A DNA stretch of 63,727 bases, counting the filler, from Reticulomyxa filosa (Eukaryota > Protista > Foraminifera): the NCBI GenBank assembly GCA_000512085.1. It is 17 parts of 17 records of this genome, joined end to end, with 100 filler letters (N's around TTAATTAATTAA, not from the genome) between each part and the next. Parts side by side here need not be neighbours in the genome. Positions count along the whole stretch, not along the records: positions 50,980 to 52,291 come from ASPP01013468.1; positions 52,392 to 54,036 come from ASPP01027418.1; positions 54,137 to 55,702 come from ASPP01010318.1; positions 55,803 to 59,865 come from ASPP01012236.1; positions 59,966 to 62,482 come from ASPP01000499.1; positions 62,583 to 63,727 come from ASPP01021549.1; 11 more parts are not named here. One strand, written 5' to 3'. Position 1 is the stretch's first letter, and each line of letters starts with the position of its first letter. Below, in pieces: positions 51,628 through 63,727 of the stretch. Under the pieces are notes generated by a model that was given only the letters and a program-made list of their open reading frames with translations, had not been told where the DNA came from and searched no databases. Made by a program: the position numbers and the translations under genes.

Positions 51628-52291
51628 TTAGACGGTGGCTTTTTGCAGGAAAGCGTCCCAGGGCACCGGGCCACTTTCAGGACGTGGGAGTTGGCGGACC
51701 AAGGCAACAAAGGGCGGGCAAGCAGTCAGCCAACAACTCTCTAGCATGGCTCTACTGCCCTGCACTTCAAATATTCTCTGCAATGCGCTGGATGCATCCT
51801 CATCAAGACAAGAAGGTAATCGCGCATTCCACAGCTGCTGCCCTTCCTGATCTGTATCACCCATGCCTTTCAGAACAGAAGCGACAACCACTGGGTCTGG
51901 CAAAATCAGTAAATCTGCCAATCCATGCATCAGATGATGAGCAATCACTCGCTCCCTGTACACATGCCAGTCTGTATAACTGCTAAAGGTTAGCCACGTA
52001 ATCAATAACGGAGCACCACCGGCAAGCAATTTTTCGATGAATGCCAAAGGTTGGAATTGTTGAATTTCTGGTAGGTGTCTCGTCAAACTCACATGACGGT
52101 AAAGCAACCTTAGCCAATAGCTGGGCTCCATCTGGTGATTGACATGAATTTCCTGCTCCAGGGCCATCGCTACAACCCGTAAATGGCGTTCATAATCAAA
52201 CTCAGCAAGCTGTCCATGATTCAGAAAGTTTTCAGCCTCATAAAGGAATCGCCCTGATAGATGACCTGGCTGGGCCATGGCAAGCTCAGAT
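51628..52291 (-). CDS. Bacterial hypothetical protein, probably 5' truncated
   Basis: 216-aa ORF that stays open upstream of ATG 52278 to the contig end. Lower GC than proS. No family recognised. Confidence 0.6.
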
Positions 52292-52391
52292 NNNNNNNNN
52301 NNNNNNNNNNNNNNNNNNNNNNNNNNNNNNNNNNNTTAATTAATTAANNNNNNNNNNNNNNNNNNNNNNNNNNNNNNNNNNNNNNNNNNNN

Positions 52392-54036
52392 ATGTGGAAA
52401 TCGAAAATGTGGATATGTGTGCAATGTCCACAGGGCCATAATAACATAATAGTGTCATCAGTGCAAATTTTCAATGATGGCTATGTGCAATTGAAAAATA
52501 GAAGTATACGGTTCTAAGGAGAATGTTGAGCACCAATCAAATGCAGAGTATATATATCAAGACATCTGCAATGAATACTTCATCACATAATTCGGGAATA
52601 TCATCATCATTGTACGTATTGACATATAAATCATTATCGCACATGTACATAACAGTAAAAAAAAAATGATCATGAAAAAAAAAGGGAGGTTTACGTATAG
52701 CAAGAGAGGTAAGGGGGAAGAAGTATTATATTATGATAGATTTGATTTTAAATGGATTTTTTTAAAAAAACAAAAATAGTGTATTTACAAGTAGCAAAGT
52801 AGAAGCGGGTGTAATGGTGATGACAAGCACACTACAGTTGAATGGAATGTGCAAATTGTTTGGAAAGCAAGGAGGGAATATAACATTCAATGCATTGTTT
52901 GCGACTAATTGCTCCAGTACCACGTTAACGCGAGCACCGAATTTGGCTATCAACAATATATGCAGTTGCAGCAATTATGCGCTTCAAATGTTTCGTGCTC
53001 CAACTAAAACATTGAGATCCCAAATTTATGCAAAGCCCAGCGTCCACATCCAAGCTATTGTCACAAACACTCGCATCTTCGTCATGTTCAACAACTTGAT
53101 AATCGCCAAGTGATAGTTCTATCAGCGAGCCATTTTCAAACGCTGTTCGATACTTCAATGTTATGTTCTTTTTTTTTTATTTCTTTTTTTTAAAAAACAA
53201 CAAATAAAAAAAAAAATTTGGATAGGTCTTACGATGTGGCGCAAAAAAAAAAATGTAGACATGGACGAAAAGGACGACAATGAGGACTTCGACACAGGGC
53301 ACGACTAGCTACAATTGCTTGTACAAATTTTAATTGAAATTCTGTGGTCGTCACATGGGCTAGCACCTGTCTTTAAGGTGGAAGAAGCTCTGTTTGCGCA
53401 AAGAATGATATGGTCAATAACACAATTGACAGGCAATCGAATTGCAAGTCAGTGGTGGTGTCCATCATTTTTTGTGCATCAGTTACTTTCACCAAGGCAT
53501 GGTCTATCAATATCACCATTCTACACTACATTGATCACAAAGCTCGCATTGCTCAATCTCATAAACAATACACTGGTCCAACTCATTGAAAACAACGCAA
53601 ATCTTTTGTGAAACTCAGTTGATAACACCAGCTTCCAAATCAAAATGTGACCAATGTTGTCTTGACAAGTTATTTTTTATTTTTTTATTTGTTTGTTGTT
53701 GTAAATACATGTTTTTGGTTGTCACGTGCATACGCTGAAAGGTATGGAGCAATTGCGATGAAGTGCAAACAATGATGAACTATTACACATTCGAGACATC
53801 AATAAAAGGTAATATATTGTGTTTTTTGTTTATGCGACTTACACCTATATGTGTGTTGTGTACAATAGGACTCAACAATGTGAACAAAGAAAGAAGAATA
53901 CGGGGTAGAAACCACCCCGTCTCCGAAAGGAGAAATAAAGGTTTGTTATATATATATTTATATATTTTTAAATATGTTTAAGTTTTGTATGTTGATATAA
54001 CATAGGTTCCTCCGTCCACCAAAGTCGTTACCTTAT
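52392..54036 (+). pseudogene. Degenerate multi-exon pseudogene of unknown family
   Basis: Protein-like blocks (52814-53113, 53315-53611) with in-frame stops, separated by intron-like GT..AG tracts. Confidence 0.3.
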
Positions 54037-54499
54037 NNNNNNNNNNNNNNNNNNNNNNNNNNNNNNNNNNNNNNNNNNNNTTAATTAATTAANNNNNNNN
54101 NNNNNNNNNNNNNNNNNNNNNNNNNNNNNNNNNNNNAGAATAACGAATTTTTTTTAGCTTTGCTCCAAAATTTGAAGTTTCTTTATCCAACAAATTCAAG
54201 GACCATGATATTGTTCAATTTTGTATGTTCTCTTGCACATTATCAAACATTCAATGTATTTTTTAAAAACGTATCAGACACTCCAATGAATAAGTGAAAA
54301 GCTTTGATCTGGGAAGATTTTTTCAAAAACTTAGACTGTGAATATCAGCGACAACAAGTGCAATTTGCTTTTGTTTGGCATGCCGTCCAAAACCTCTTTA
54401 GAAATGCAATACAACATTTTATTTCATTTTTTAACTGTTCATCACTATACAAAATATATTTATTTTATTATAAAATAAATAAATAAACATAACATCTAA

Positions 54500-54960
54500 C
54501 TGTGAAGCGTCACGTACACGTATATTAGTTTTCATGTGGCTTTTTTAATATTATTTTTTACTCCAATGGTGTATATATGATTGTCTTATTTACTCAATAT
54601 TGAAATACTATCACATAGTGGGCTTTGTAAATCCTTTTCAAATAACGTCCATTTTTTTCTTAAATTGAATATTTAAATATTGATCTTGGCACATTGTTGT
54701 TGTATACACCAAAAACAAGATTATATCATTTATACACACATATACATATAATGACGAAAGGTCATCGCAAATATTTATTTTATTAGATTGAAAAGTCTTG
54801 CTATCTTTATTATATTCAATTGATAGTCCTATATTAAAAGAAAACAACAGTATTTGATAATTTTGTTTATTTTTTCTTTAATTGTTTCATAATTACTTGT
54901 CTTGTCTATTATTTCAATTAATATAAAGCATGTATAGCATATTCAAAAATATTATTACGG
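54500..54960 (-). pseudogene. Kelch-like family pseudogene, C-terminal blades
   Basis: IGLSIEYNKDSKTFQ..YVCINDIILF..HMKTNI aligns by eye with 28107-28600, with multiple stops and frameshifts. Confidence 0.75.
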
Positions 54961-55264
54961 GATGACATTGTGGATAACGGTAAGTGAAAGCGTTGAACAA
55001 ATCTTGGAAAGTTGGTCATATCTCCAAATTTGCCAGGACAGAAACAACATCGGTTGCAAATCAAGTAAGATCATAAACAATTTTTTTAAGTAATTGTGAC
55101 AATGAGCAATCAGCAGTATTAAATGTGCCATTGTTTGGAAAAGAGAATTGGGAAGAGAAAAAAAGCCAACATTGGGTCACCCCCAAAATCACCAAAAATG
55201 TTTCTGGACAAATGTCAGATACTTTTTACAAGGGAAAAAAATCAACAAAAAAAAAAAAAAAAAA

Positions 55265-55702
55265 TCATCGCGACCAAATTTGGATAAAAGGCCATCCAAA
55301 ATGTGATTGAGAGCTAGTGGTGGTCGATGAGACCGGAGTTTGTTGTTTTTCACGTTGCATTTTGCCAATTTGGCGCATTTCAGAGCGCATTCGATCTATT
55401 TCGGATTGTGTGCTACGCAAGAGTGCAATTTTGTCTTGGCGAGCGCGTTCGACCTCTTCGCGGAGCGCCGTGATTTCTTTGATTTCTTTTGCGTCATCTG
55501 TGTCAATACCAATGAGCGATATTTGATGCATGGATTTTTTGAACTTTTTGCGAGCCGTTTCCAATTCCCTCAAGTGTTGTTCCTTTTGCTTATTCAATTC
55601 ATCGACGTATCGATGAATTTGCATTAGTATATTTCGTAAGAGTTGTGGATCTACGATTTGTTCATGTTTAGCCTGAAGTGCATTAGCATTGGCATTAGCA
55701 TT
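55265..55702 (-). CDS. Coiled-coil protein, C-terminal exon
   Basis: Open from the contig end (NANANALQAK..) to TGA at 55267-55265, with a heptad pattern. Confidence 0.65.
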   Translation of the reverse strand, partial: NANANANALQAKHEQIVDPQLLRNILMQIHRYVDELNKQKEQHLRELETARKKFKKSMHQISLIGIDTDDAKEIKEITALREEVERARQDKIALLRSTQSEIDRMRSEMRQIGKMQREKQQTPVSSTTTSSQSHFGWPFIQIWSR

Positions 55703-55830
55703 NNNNNNNNNNNNNNNNNNNNNNNNNNNNNNNNNNNNNNNNNNNNTTAATTAATTAANNNNNNNNNNNNNNNNNNNNNNNNNNNNNNNNNNNNNNNNNN
55801 NNATACCAAAAAAAAAAAAAAAAAAAAAAG

Positions 55831-56489
55831 ACATGCAATTGTCGGTATCGGATATAAAACCCTACTTATTTGTGATAAAGAACGACTTTAAGGAGTACTT
55901 GGAGAATATATGTCGTGAAAAGGACAATGACGGTATCAATAGCAACGGGCAACGAGAAAGAGACAGGACAATGGACGATGGTGACGACGAGAATGACGGT
56001 GATGATAATGACGATGATGACGATGATGATAATGATGATAATGACGATGAAGATGACAACGAAAAGAAATGGATGAAGAAGAAAAAACAAAAGAGTAAGA
56101 ACAAGAACAAGAACAAGAACAAGAGTAAGAATATAAAGAAGAAGAAGAACAAAAAGAAATCAAACGATGGAAATTCAAACGCGAGCGCAGAGACTTTTGA
56201 AATTCAACACTATTTGAACTATTTGCGTTGGCTAAAAGTGAGAATTGAAACCAAAAAAATATCAACTTTTTATCACGTCTCCCACTCGCAGTTGGCGGAC
56301 ATGCTGCTCGACGAGCGCCGAACCACTTTGCAACAGGTGTTTTTCCAAGTTAGTACTCGATGGAATATGGATATCCACATGAATATCAATATGAATATGC
56401 ATCTGTCATCGACTCACTCTTCGTTGGTCAATCCTTATCTTCGTTACCAGTATTTGCAAAATAATAATAATAATAACAATAATAATAAC

Positions 56490-56579
<90 letters not shown>

Positions 56580-59500
56580 AATAATGATAAGGATTCATTA
56601 TTGTATGGAAAAGAATGCATTTGCTTATTTTTATATTTATGCATTGTGCATTACTGTCGGGTTTATGTGACAAAGTTTTTGTGCGAAAAGGAATCGACCA
56701 GCAACAAAGCCATGTTTGGCGGGGTGGATGTGTCCGCCACTCTGTTGCCGACCAGACCTGTGTTGGCTAACAACAATTCGGCGTCCATGTCGTATTCGAC
56801 AACAGTCCACTCCAATGCAAATGGCAAGTCCCACCACTCGTCCATACTGTCCCATGACCTGGTCCAGCATAACAGCATTCCAAAATGCGGCTACATTCCG
56901 CCCACTTGGAACCAGTGTCACAAGCACGTCACTGCCATCTTTCAAAAGTTTGTTTTGTTATTTGTGCACCACACACATACACACACACGCACATACATTG
57001 CATGTCATATGTCACATGTCACATATCCGAGATATCGAAGAAACTAATTATTAACAACATAGCAATATATATACATTATACACAAATATATGAACTTTTT
57101 TTTTTTTTTTTTAAAAAAAAGATGGTATAACAGTTTCCAAACGGAAATGCTGAGTGTAAACGGATTGAGAAAGTTTGGCGAAGAATTGCAAAGTGTAATA
57201 AATATGCCAAGCGAGCCATTGATAATACAATCCCGACTGAACAAGAAAATCATGCTACCCCCGACAAACCCTCCGAAATCGGAATCACGAGAACAAAGAC
57301 AAAGAAGAGGACAAGAACCAAAAAGAACAAAGGAAGAAGAAGAAGAAGAATACGAGGAGGAGGAAGAAGAAGAAGAAGAAGAGGAAGAGAGTCCAAGCAG
57401 CGTAAGAACAAGACACACAACAGCAGGCGTGGAAACTATGCGTACGATTGCAACGACGAGGAACAACAAGAAAGGAATCCAAGGTGTCCAAAGATCAGTG
57501 GCAGGAGCAACAGCGACGACGACAATGAAGACGACAAAGACGAAGACAAAGACGACAAAAACGACAATGAATCAAGGACAAAGATCAAACAGTTCGCAGC
57601 CACCACTGCCGATATTGAAACACTACAAGAGTAATCCCATCAACCATCAGAGCGCAAGCGTGCTAATGAAGGGAAAGAAGGGATCCAACAACAAATACCA
57701 CCATAAAAAGAAAAAGTCGTTTTCTGGGTCCAATCTATTCGAGAACAAATCGCAGTCGCAATGGGTTTCAAAGAAACGGAAGACTATGCCAGCCATACAT
57801 GTAGATCCTTCTCTGTACGCGTCCACCACTGCCGTGTATTCTCATCCTCATGGTCATGGTCATGGTCATGGTCATGGTCATGGTCTTGGTCTTGGTTCTG
57901 GTCCTAGTTATAGTGGTCTTGGTGTTGGTGTTGGCCATAGTCATAATAACGCCTATACAACACATAACCATTCTCATTCTCATCATCCTCATCATCCTCC
58001 ATGGCATTCTGTCTATATCCCCAACTCCAATTTCTCCAATGGCATCTCTTTGTATAACACTTTCTCCACTGTCCCCATGGACCCACGCTACTCGTCATTT
58101 GCTCACCCCTCTTATCCCACCAATCTTCTCCACAGCCACATCAAACAACCCGTTTTCATGCCCATGGCCCCTCCTTGGCAAGACTTTCCGCTGCACCCCA
58201 ACCCGGTCAGCGATATTTCGCACTTTCAAAGGCAATCACAACAACTGCAGCAAAATGGAAGTCTTGCAAATGCCAAGCCATTGAATGAAGAGAAAGAAAT
58301 CGACTATGACGACAATGACGACAATAATGATGACAATGATGACAATGATGACAATAATGACAATGAAAATGAAAATGAAAATAACAACAATAATGACAAT
58401 GACAAGGAAGACTTGCCACCACCTCCTCAGCAGACACATCATCATCATCATCATCGACGTCAAACCTTTACATCCAACTCCTCCACTTCCAAATCCAAAT
58501 CCAAATCCAAATCCAAATCCAAGTCCAACTCCAACTCCAACTCAAAATCTACGATGCGTAACCGGCAAGGCCGAGTTCGTGAGTTTCCGCCCAACATAAT
58601 CCTGCCAAACACACTCAACGGCAACAAGGAGAGATCACATCAAAGACACGCACAATTGGAGCAAGAGCAAGAGCAAGAGCAAGAGCAAGAGCAAGAGCAA
58701 GAGCAGGAGCAGCGACAACAGAATATGGATACGAGCGATGCTGACCAGTACAGTCAAAGCAAAAGAGCAGGCCAAAGCATCGACCTCACAACTCGTCGAT
58801 GGAAGCGATTGCAACAGCGACGGCGACGGCGACAGCAACAGCAACAGCGACGGCCATGGCTTTAACCGACACCCCGACGCCCACGCCCATTACGACACAT
58901 AAGCATAGCAGCGTGTTCCCGATGAAGGAGCTGCACGAGCAAGAAGAGCAAGAAGAGCAAGAGGAGCACGTGCGAGTGCAAGTGCCGCAGCTGCAGCAGC
59001 TGAAGCAGCATTCGCAGCTCTACTTGACGAGCGGCGATGAAAACGACACGCCGATAAAGAAGCTGACGACACCAGAGCTTGTGATCCGAGCCGAGTTGAG
59101 AGATAAGAATGCAACGAGCGACGACAACGTCGAGACTATTGACGCATTGCCCGGTTTGAAGTCGGTATTCAATGAAAACCAAGCCAACGGCGGCGACTTT
59201 TTGGCAGTGCAAACGCCAAAGATATCTTTTCCTAAACTCGCCCACGTTAATGAGACTGAACATGGACATGGATATAATGATATCGGTACTGCTACTGCTA
59301 TTGCTGGTGCTGGTGCTGGTGCTACAACAACAACAACAACAACTACTACTACTACTACTACTGCTATCAGTGGAATTGGAGGGAATCATAGACGTCGTAA
59401 CAGCTATCACAAAAACAATGCTAATGATGGTAAACCAATACATCCTGTGCAAACGCCGCTTTTCCGCTGCTCGTCGAATGAGGATGACAGGGGCTTCCCA

Positions 59501-59865
59501 AAGACGACAACCACGACAACGACGACAACGGCGACAACGGCGCAATGGAGGGCAAAACACGACAACAGGAAAAAAGATGACGAAGAGAAAGAGAAAAAGT
59601 CTCACAAACGATCGGAATTGACGGCGGAAGAGCAGCTGGTCAGACTGCTCGAGTCGTACAAGTTGGAACACTTGAATCAACGCTTTTATCGCTATTGCAC
59701 GCCGCCGTCCAAAATCCTTGCCGGCAAGGACTTGGACAATTGTCTGCGAGATCTGCTCATGGAAGCGGTGGCCCCTCCCTTTCATTTCCAACCTACTTCT
59801 CGTTTCAGTCATGCCAAAAAGTCCATCGCAGACAATGATGATAATGACAATGACAATGACAATGA
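55831..59865 (+). CDS. Large low-complexity protein, internal multi-exon fragment
   Basis: Long ORFs 55833-57047, 57090-58865 and 58799-59865 with D/N, E, HG, KS, EQ and AT repeats. One apparent frameshift near 58755-58765. Confidence 0.7.
56461..56577 (+). repeat. (AAT)n microsatellite
   Basis: About 39 AAT/AAC units, the longest of many (AAT)n, (TA)n and homopolymer tracts in the window. Confidence 0.95.
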
Positions 59866-59965
59866 NNNNNNNNNNNNNNNNNNNNNNNNNNNNNNNNNNN
59901 NNNNNNNNNTTAATTAATTAANNNNNNNNNNNNNNNNNNNNNNNNNNNNNNNNNNNNNNNNNNNN

Positions 59966-60507
59966 CCCCCCCCCCTTTTGCCAGTTTGGATTTTTGCCTT
60001 TTTGTCAGAACTATAACTTTTTTTTTTTATTGTTTGGAGAGTTTTTTTTCCCTCCACTAAACTGATAGGGGCTGAAGACTGAGAAAAAGTAATCAAGCAT
60101 CTCCATTGTGATGTGTGGACTGTTAGGCAGAATATGCAATGATTGTAAAGCCGATTTAAATTGCTTGAAACTCAGCAAATCGTTGTCATCTTCGTCACAC
60201 TCTTTTAGTTTCTCGCATAACTCGGCGCACAATAATATCGCCTCTTCACTTTTCTTACTTGTTATCATCCCATTTTGGTCACGCTGAGCCGTCGTTTGTA
60301 ATTCATTTGGCCGTTGCTTTTGTTTTTTTTGTTTTGTGGTTTGTTTATCCATTTTTGTTTGTTGGAGCAAATGTAAACGACGTTGACAGAATCAAATGAA
60401 CTGACGCAACAAACTTTGGAGGTTCGAGCATTTTGACTTGATGTTATGGGTTTCGAATTCCTAACTCTGCGTGTTTTTTCACCAATTGATGCGGTTCGCA
60501 TTTTCAT
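59966..60507 (-). CDS. EF-hand protein, 5' part
   Basis: LKECDEDDNDLLSFKQFKSAL is an EF-hand-like loop. Probable first exon from ATG 60507. Confidence 0.55.
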
Positions 60508-60989
60508 TGGAGAATTTTTCTTAAAGAAGCTGCAAAGGTTTTACTCGTACCATCTTTATTCTACTTAACATTTCTTTTTGTTTTGTTTGCTGATATGCAA
60601 CAACTTTTTGATAACTGTCTTGTTATTTCAATGGCGACTTCAAAGAATTGTTTCAATAATAAATGCGTCAAAAATAAACATCTGGTTGTTTGTCACTGAT
60701 TTAGCATTTTCTTAGCGTTGGTACGCCAAATACTACTATATTATTATTCGAAAAATTAACTCACTGTTTGGTCTTTCAAACTGATCTTTTAATTTTTTTG
60801 TGGTCGCATTAAAAGTGTGAAATATTGACAACGTATTTATAGCTTTGTTTTTTTTAATCTGTTGCGTATTATACTTGCATACAGACGAGATGCTAATGCT
60901 CTTGATAGCACTACCTATTGTCTAAAAATACCTGCGTATTGTTCAAAATTGTGCAGGTTACCCTCAAAAAAAAAAAAGAATAATCTTAA

Positions 60990-62210
60990 ATGGGAAAAGG
61001 TTATCATAAAAAACAGAAAGAACGGAAGGAATTCTTAGAGAAACAAAAAAGGCTAAGAAAGAAGAGACAATTGCGTAAAGAGCAAAAAGTTGAAAAAAAG
61101 CTTCAAAAGAAAGTGAGTTTACAAAACGCAAAAGAAGCAAAAGAGGACAAAGAAAAAGTAATTCCAATTACAAAATGGGAAGAAAGACAAAATTATCAAC
61201 ATTTTTTGAAGAGACAAGAAAATCATCGAATTAGTGCATCTCAACGAATTCGAGAATTGTTAGAGCAATCAAAGAAAAAAAAGCAAAAAAGAAATAATCC
61301 AATCAAAAAAAGGAATGTGACTTCAGATTCATTTATTGATGAATCAACTGATAATGAAGAAGAAGAAAATATTGATGATAATGATGATAGTATGAATAAT
61401 AATAAAAAAATAAAAAAGGAGAAAGAAAAAGAAAAGGAAAAGAAATTGAAAAATAAAAATAATAATAATAAAAAAAAATCAATTGAAAATGAATTGGAAG
61501 AGAGATTAGGAGGAGCACAATTCCGTTGGATGAATGAATTTTTGTATACAAGAAAAGGGAGTGATGCATTAGAATATGTGGAAACGAATGAGAATGCGAA
61601 AAAAGAATTTGAAGATTATCACAAAACATACAATCGAATAATTGACGAAAATTGGCCAATGTCACCTATTCAAAATATAATTAAATGGTTGGGAAAATAT
61701 ATTAATGAAAATAAAAATAAAAAGAATTTAGTAATTGCTGATTTTGGTTGTGGAGATGCAAAAATAGCAAGATATTTTAATTCCAACAAAGAAAAATTTA
61801 AAACACATTGTAATATTTTGGTTCATAGCTTTGATTTATGCGCTATCAATTCTTATGTTACTCCTTGCGATATTACTAATGTTCCTTTGAAAGATGCTTG
61901 TATTGATATTGCTATTTTTTGTCTTTCTTTAATGGGTACCAATTATCATCAATATTTAGAAGAATGTCATAGAGTTTTATTGCCTAATGGTATTGTCAAT
62001 ATTGCTGAGGTTAGAAGTCGATTATTAAATTTAAATCAATTCAAAAAATTATTGCATTGGTTAGGATTTGATGTTACCAAAGTTGATTTAAATAATACAC
62101 ATTTTATTACTATTCAAGCAATTAAATCACCAAATCGTCAACCTGTTGGTGTTCCTTTCAATTTTGATGGGACTAAAATTTTGAAACCTTGCGCATATAA
62201 AAAAAGATGA
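60990..62210 (+). CDS. RRP8: rRNA m1A methyltransferase RRP8/nucleomethylin, single exon, 406 aa
   Basis: RLGGAQFRWMNEFLYT, WPMSP, VIADFGCGDAKIA, HSFDL, FCLSLMGTN, IAEVRSR, LKPCAYKKR*. K-rich N-terminus. Confidence 0.97.
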   Translation: MGKGYHKKQKERKEFLEKQKRLRKKRQLRKEQKVEKKLQKKVSLQNAKEAKEDKEKVIPITKWEERQNYQHFLKRQENHRISASQRIRELLEQSKKKKQKRNNPIKKRNVTSDSFIDESTDNEEEENIDDNDDSMNNNKKIKKEKEKEKEKKLKNKNNNNKKKSIENELEERLGGAQFRWMNEFLYTRKGSDALEYVETNENAKKEFEDYHKTYNRIIDENWPMSPIQNIIKWLGKYINENKNKKNLVIADFGCGDAKIARYFNSNKEKFKTHCNILVHSFDLCAINSYVTPCDITNVPLKDACIDIAIFCLSLMGTNYHQYLEECHRVLLPNGIVNIAEVRSRLLNLNQFKKLLHWLGFDVTKVDLNNTHFITIQAIKSPNRQPVGVPFNFDGTKILKPCAYKKR

Positions 62211-62790
62211 TTTAAAAAAAAAAGAAAACAATATTTTTGTTTTCTTCTATCGTTGCTTTATTGAAAAACTGTTTTTATTTTCTTTGTTTTATCAATTATC
62301 ACGTCTCTTTCCTGCTTTAACAAAGCATTTCACTCACTTTATAATTAAATCACAAAAGTATTCTGTTCCAAATTCACAAAAACAATTGTAAATACATGAT
62401 TTGGTGCTTTTAACAAAACAGGACCTTTTTATTGGAGTAAAAGATTTAGAATCAACCTTTTTGTAAAAGTTGGAAAAGAAAANNNNNNNNNNNNNNNNNN
62501 NNNNNNNNNNNNNNNNNNNNNNNNNNTTAATTAATTAANNNNNNNNNNNNNNNNNNNNNNNNNNNNNNNNNNNNNNNNNNNNATATGTTTTAGGCGTTCA
62601 GTTTTCTTTGCAACTTACTGTACATTCATTCCTTTTTTTTGTTCTCGCCGAAGGGAAACTTTTTTCCTGAAAAAAATCAAAATAGCGGATCAAAAAAACA
62701 CATAAGTATCGCTTTGATGTTTATTGATTGTAATGAAAAATTACATCACAAATTTTGATCAATTTTTTTTTCATGTTAATTCTAAACCCT

Positions 62791-63243
62791 GATTATTGAT
62801 TTTCTTCATGAAAAACAACATCAAGACATAATTTTTTTTATTTTAAAAAATATCCGAATCGTGTAGTTTTTAAATCATTTTGAATTTAGTTTTTTATTAT
62901 ATCTTTCAATTATTTCAATATTTTGTCCTTTTTTTTTTGGCTCAGTATAGTTCGATATTTTTGTTGTTTAATTATTAATTTTTTTTGAAAATGATTACGC
63001 ATTTAGCACTTTCTGAAAATGCTTTTAAAAAAGTTAGTAAATTTCATGTTTACGACAAAGTCATGATTGTCAGTTTTTTCTCGAAAATTTTCAAAATCAA
63101 TAAAATATTCAAATTTTTTAAACAATTGGTAAAGATTTAATAAAAACCAAAATGATATTTAAAAACTACACTATTCGCAGATATTTTTTAAAATAAAAAC
63201 AATTAAGACTGTGTATTGTTTTTTCACGAAGAAAATTAACTTT
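62791..63243. mobile_element. Second non-coding fold-back element with ~95-bp imperfect inverted repeats
   Basis: The reverse complement of 62791-62883 matches 63148-63243 (CAAAATGA..TTTAAAAACTACAC.ATTCG..GATATTTTTTAAAATAAAAA..TTGTTTTTCA.GAAGAAAAT). Confidence 0.65.
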
Positions 63244-63727
63244 CCTTTGCATTATACCCTTGGATAGAATCACAAAAATCTGTAAAGAAAAGTGACTGTG
63301 ATTGAAAATAAAAAATTGATAATTTTTTTTCCAAACAATAACAAAATTTTTTAAAATGACATAAGTGGTTTTAATAAAAGATTTTTTTTTATATAAGGAG
63401 CTGTAACATTCATCAGATTAAAGAGTTTTTCCAACAAAATTATCATTTTCATAAATTAAATATTACATAATTTGCAATGAATCAAAAAATTGTTTAAAGT
63501 TTGAGGAGTCATTTTGACTAGACAAAGGGGTACTACGAAAATATTACTATCTGCGAATATAAACGATAACTAACAACAATAAGAAAAAGAGACAGAGAAA
63601 GTGCGAAGTAAGTTTGGATAAAAGAGTTCCAGAGTCCCCTCCCTAATCAATAGTTTTGTCATACAAAAGCTAAAAATTTCGTCACTAAAAAAATATAATA
63701 AAAACAAAGGAAAGTGTCGAATGATAC

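Noticed and set aside
56349-56591. Very long poly-Asn tract in ORF 55833-57047
   Set aside because: Probably a 243-nt stop-free GT-AG intron filled with (AAT)n, like other introns in the window.
58750-58865. Overlapping ORFs suggesting programmed frameshifting
   Set aside because: One base in the A-runs near 58755-58765 joins the frames (KQKSRPKHRPHNSSMEAI). No slippery heptamer or pseudoknot is evident, so it is probably a homopolymer error.
1001-62582. Regularly recurring TTAATTAATTAA as a biological repeat or CRISPR-like array
   Set aside because: Always embedded in exactly 44+44 Ns, so it is an artificial stop-linker. Gene adjacency across it is meaningless.

Overview
This window is not one locus. 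It is 17 unrelated draft contigs joined by an artificial 100-bp linker (N44-TTAATTAATTAA-N44), so gene neighbourhoods only mean something inside a contig. Sixteen contigs come from an AT-rich, intron-rich microbial eukaryote. The expanded Kelch, WD40 and TRAF-finger families, their many pseudogenes and the microsatellite-filled introns strongly suggest the foraminiferan Reticulomyxa filosa (inference). One contig (50980-52291) is GC-rich bacterial DNA carrying proS. Recognisable genes: a channel-type CLC, TBC1D24-like TBC+TLDc, ARMT1/DUF89, a CEPT/EPT phosphotransferase, a DENN protein, DDX11/Chl1, a two-CNB-domain protein, LRR/F-box proteins, Kelch-WD40, organellar IF-2, an EF-hand protein and RRP8. 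The most interesting find is a 6-exon gene (30067-33893, minus) in which an ADD histone-reader zinc finger is fused to a DxD-containing glycosyltransferase-like domain rather than to a DNMT3 or SNF2 catalytic domain, a candidate chromatin/DNA glycosylation system. Also notable: an intron-containing rhodanese-DsrE sulfur-relay fusion, a DENN-ENTH fusion, 3' splice sites preceded by poly(A) rather than polypyrimidine tracts, and two fold-back elements with dispersed degenerate copies. All domain calls are by-eye motif recognition and all exon models were hand-checked for GT-AG and phase only; no searches were run.
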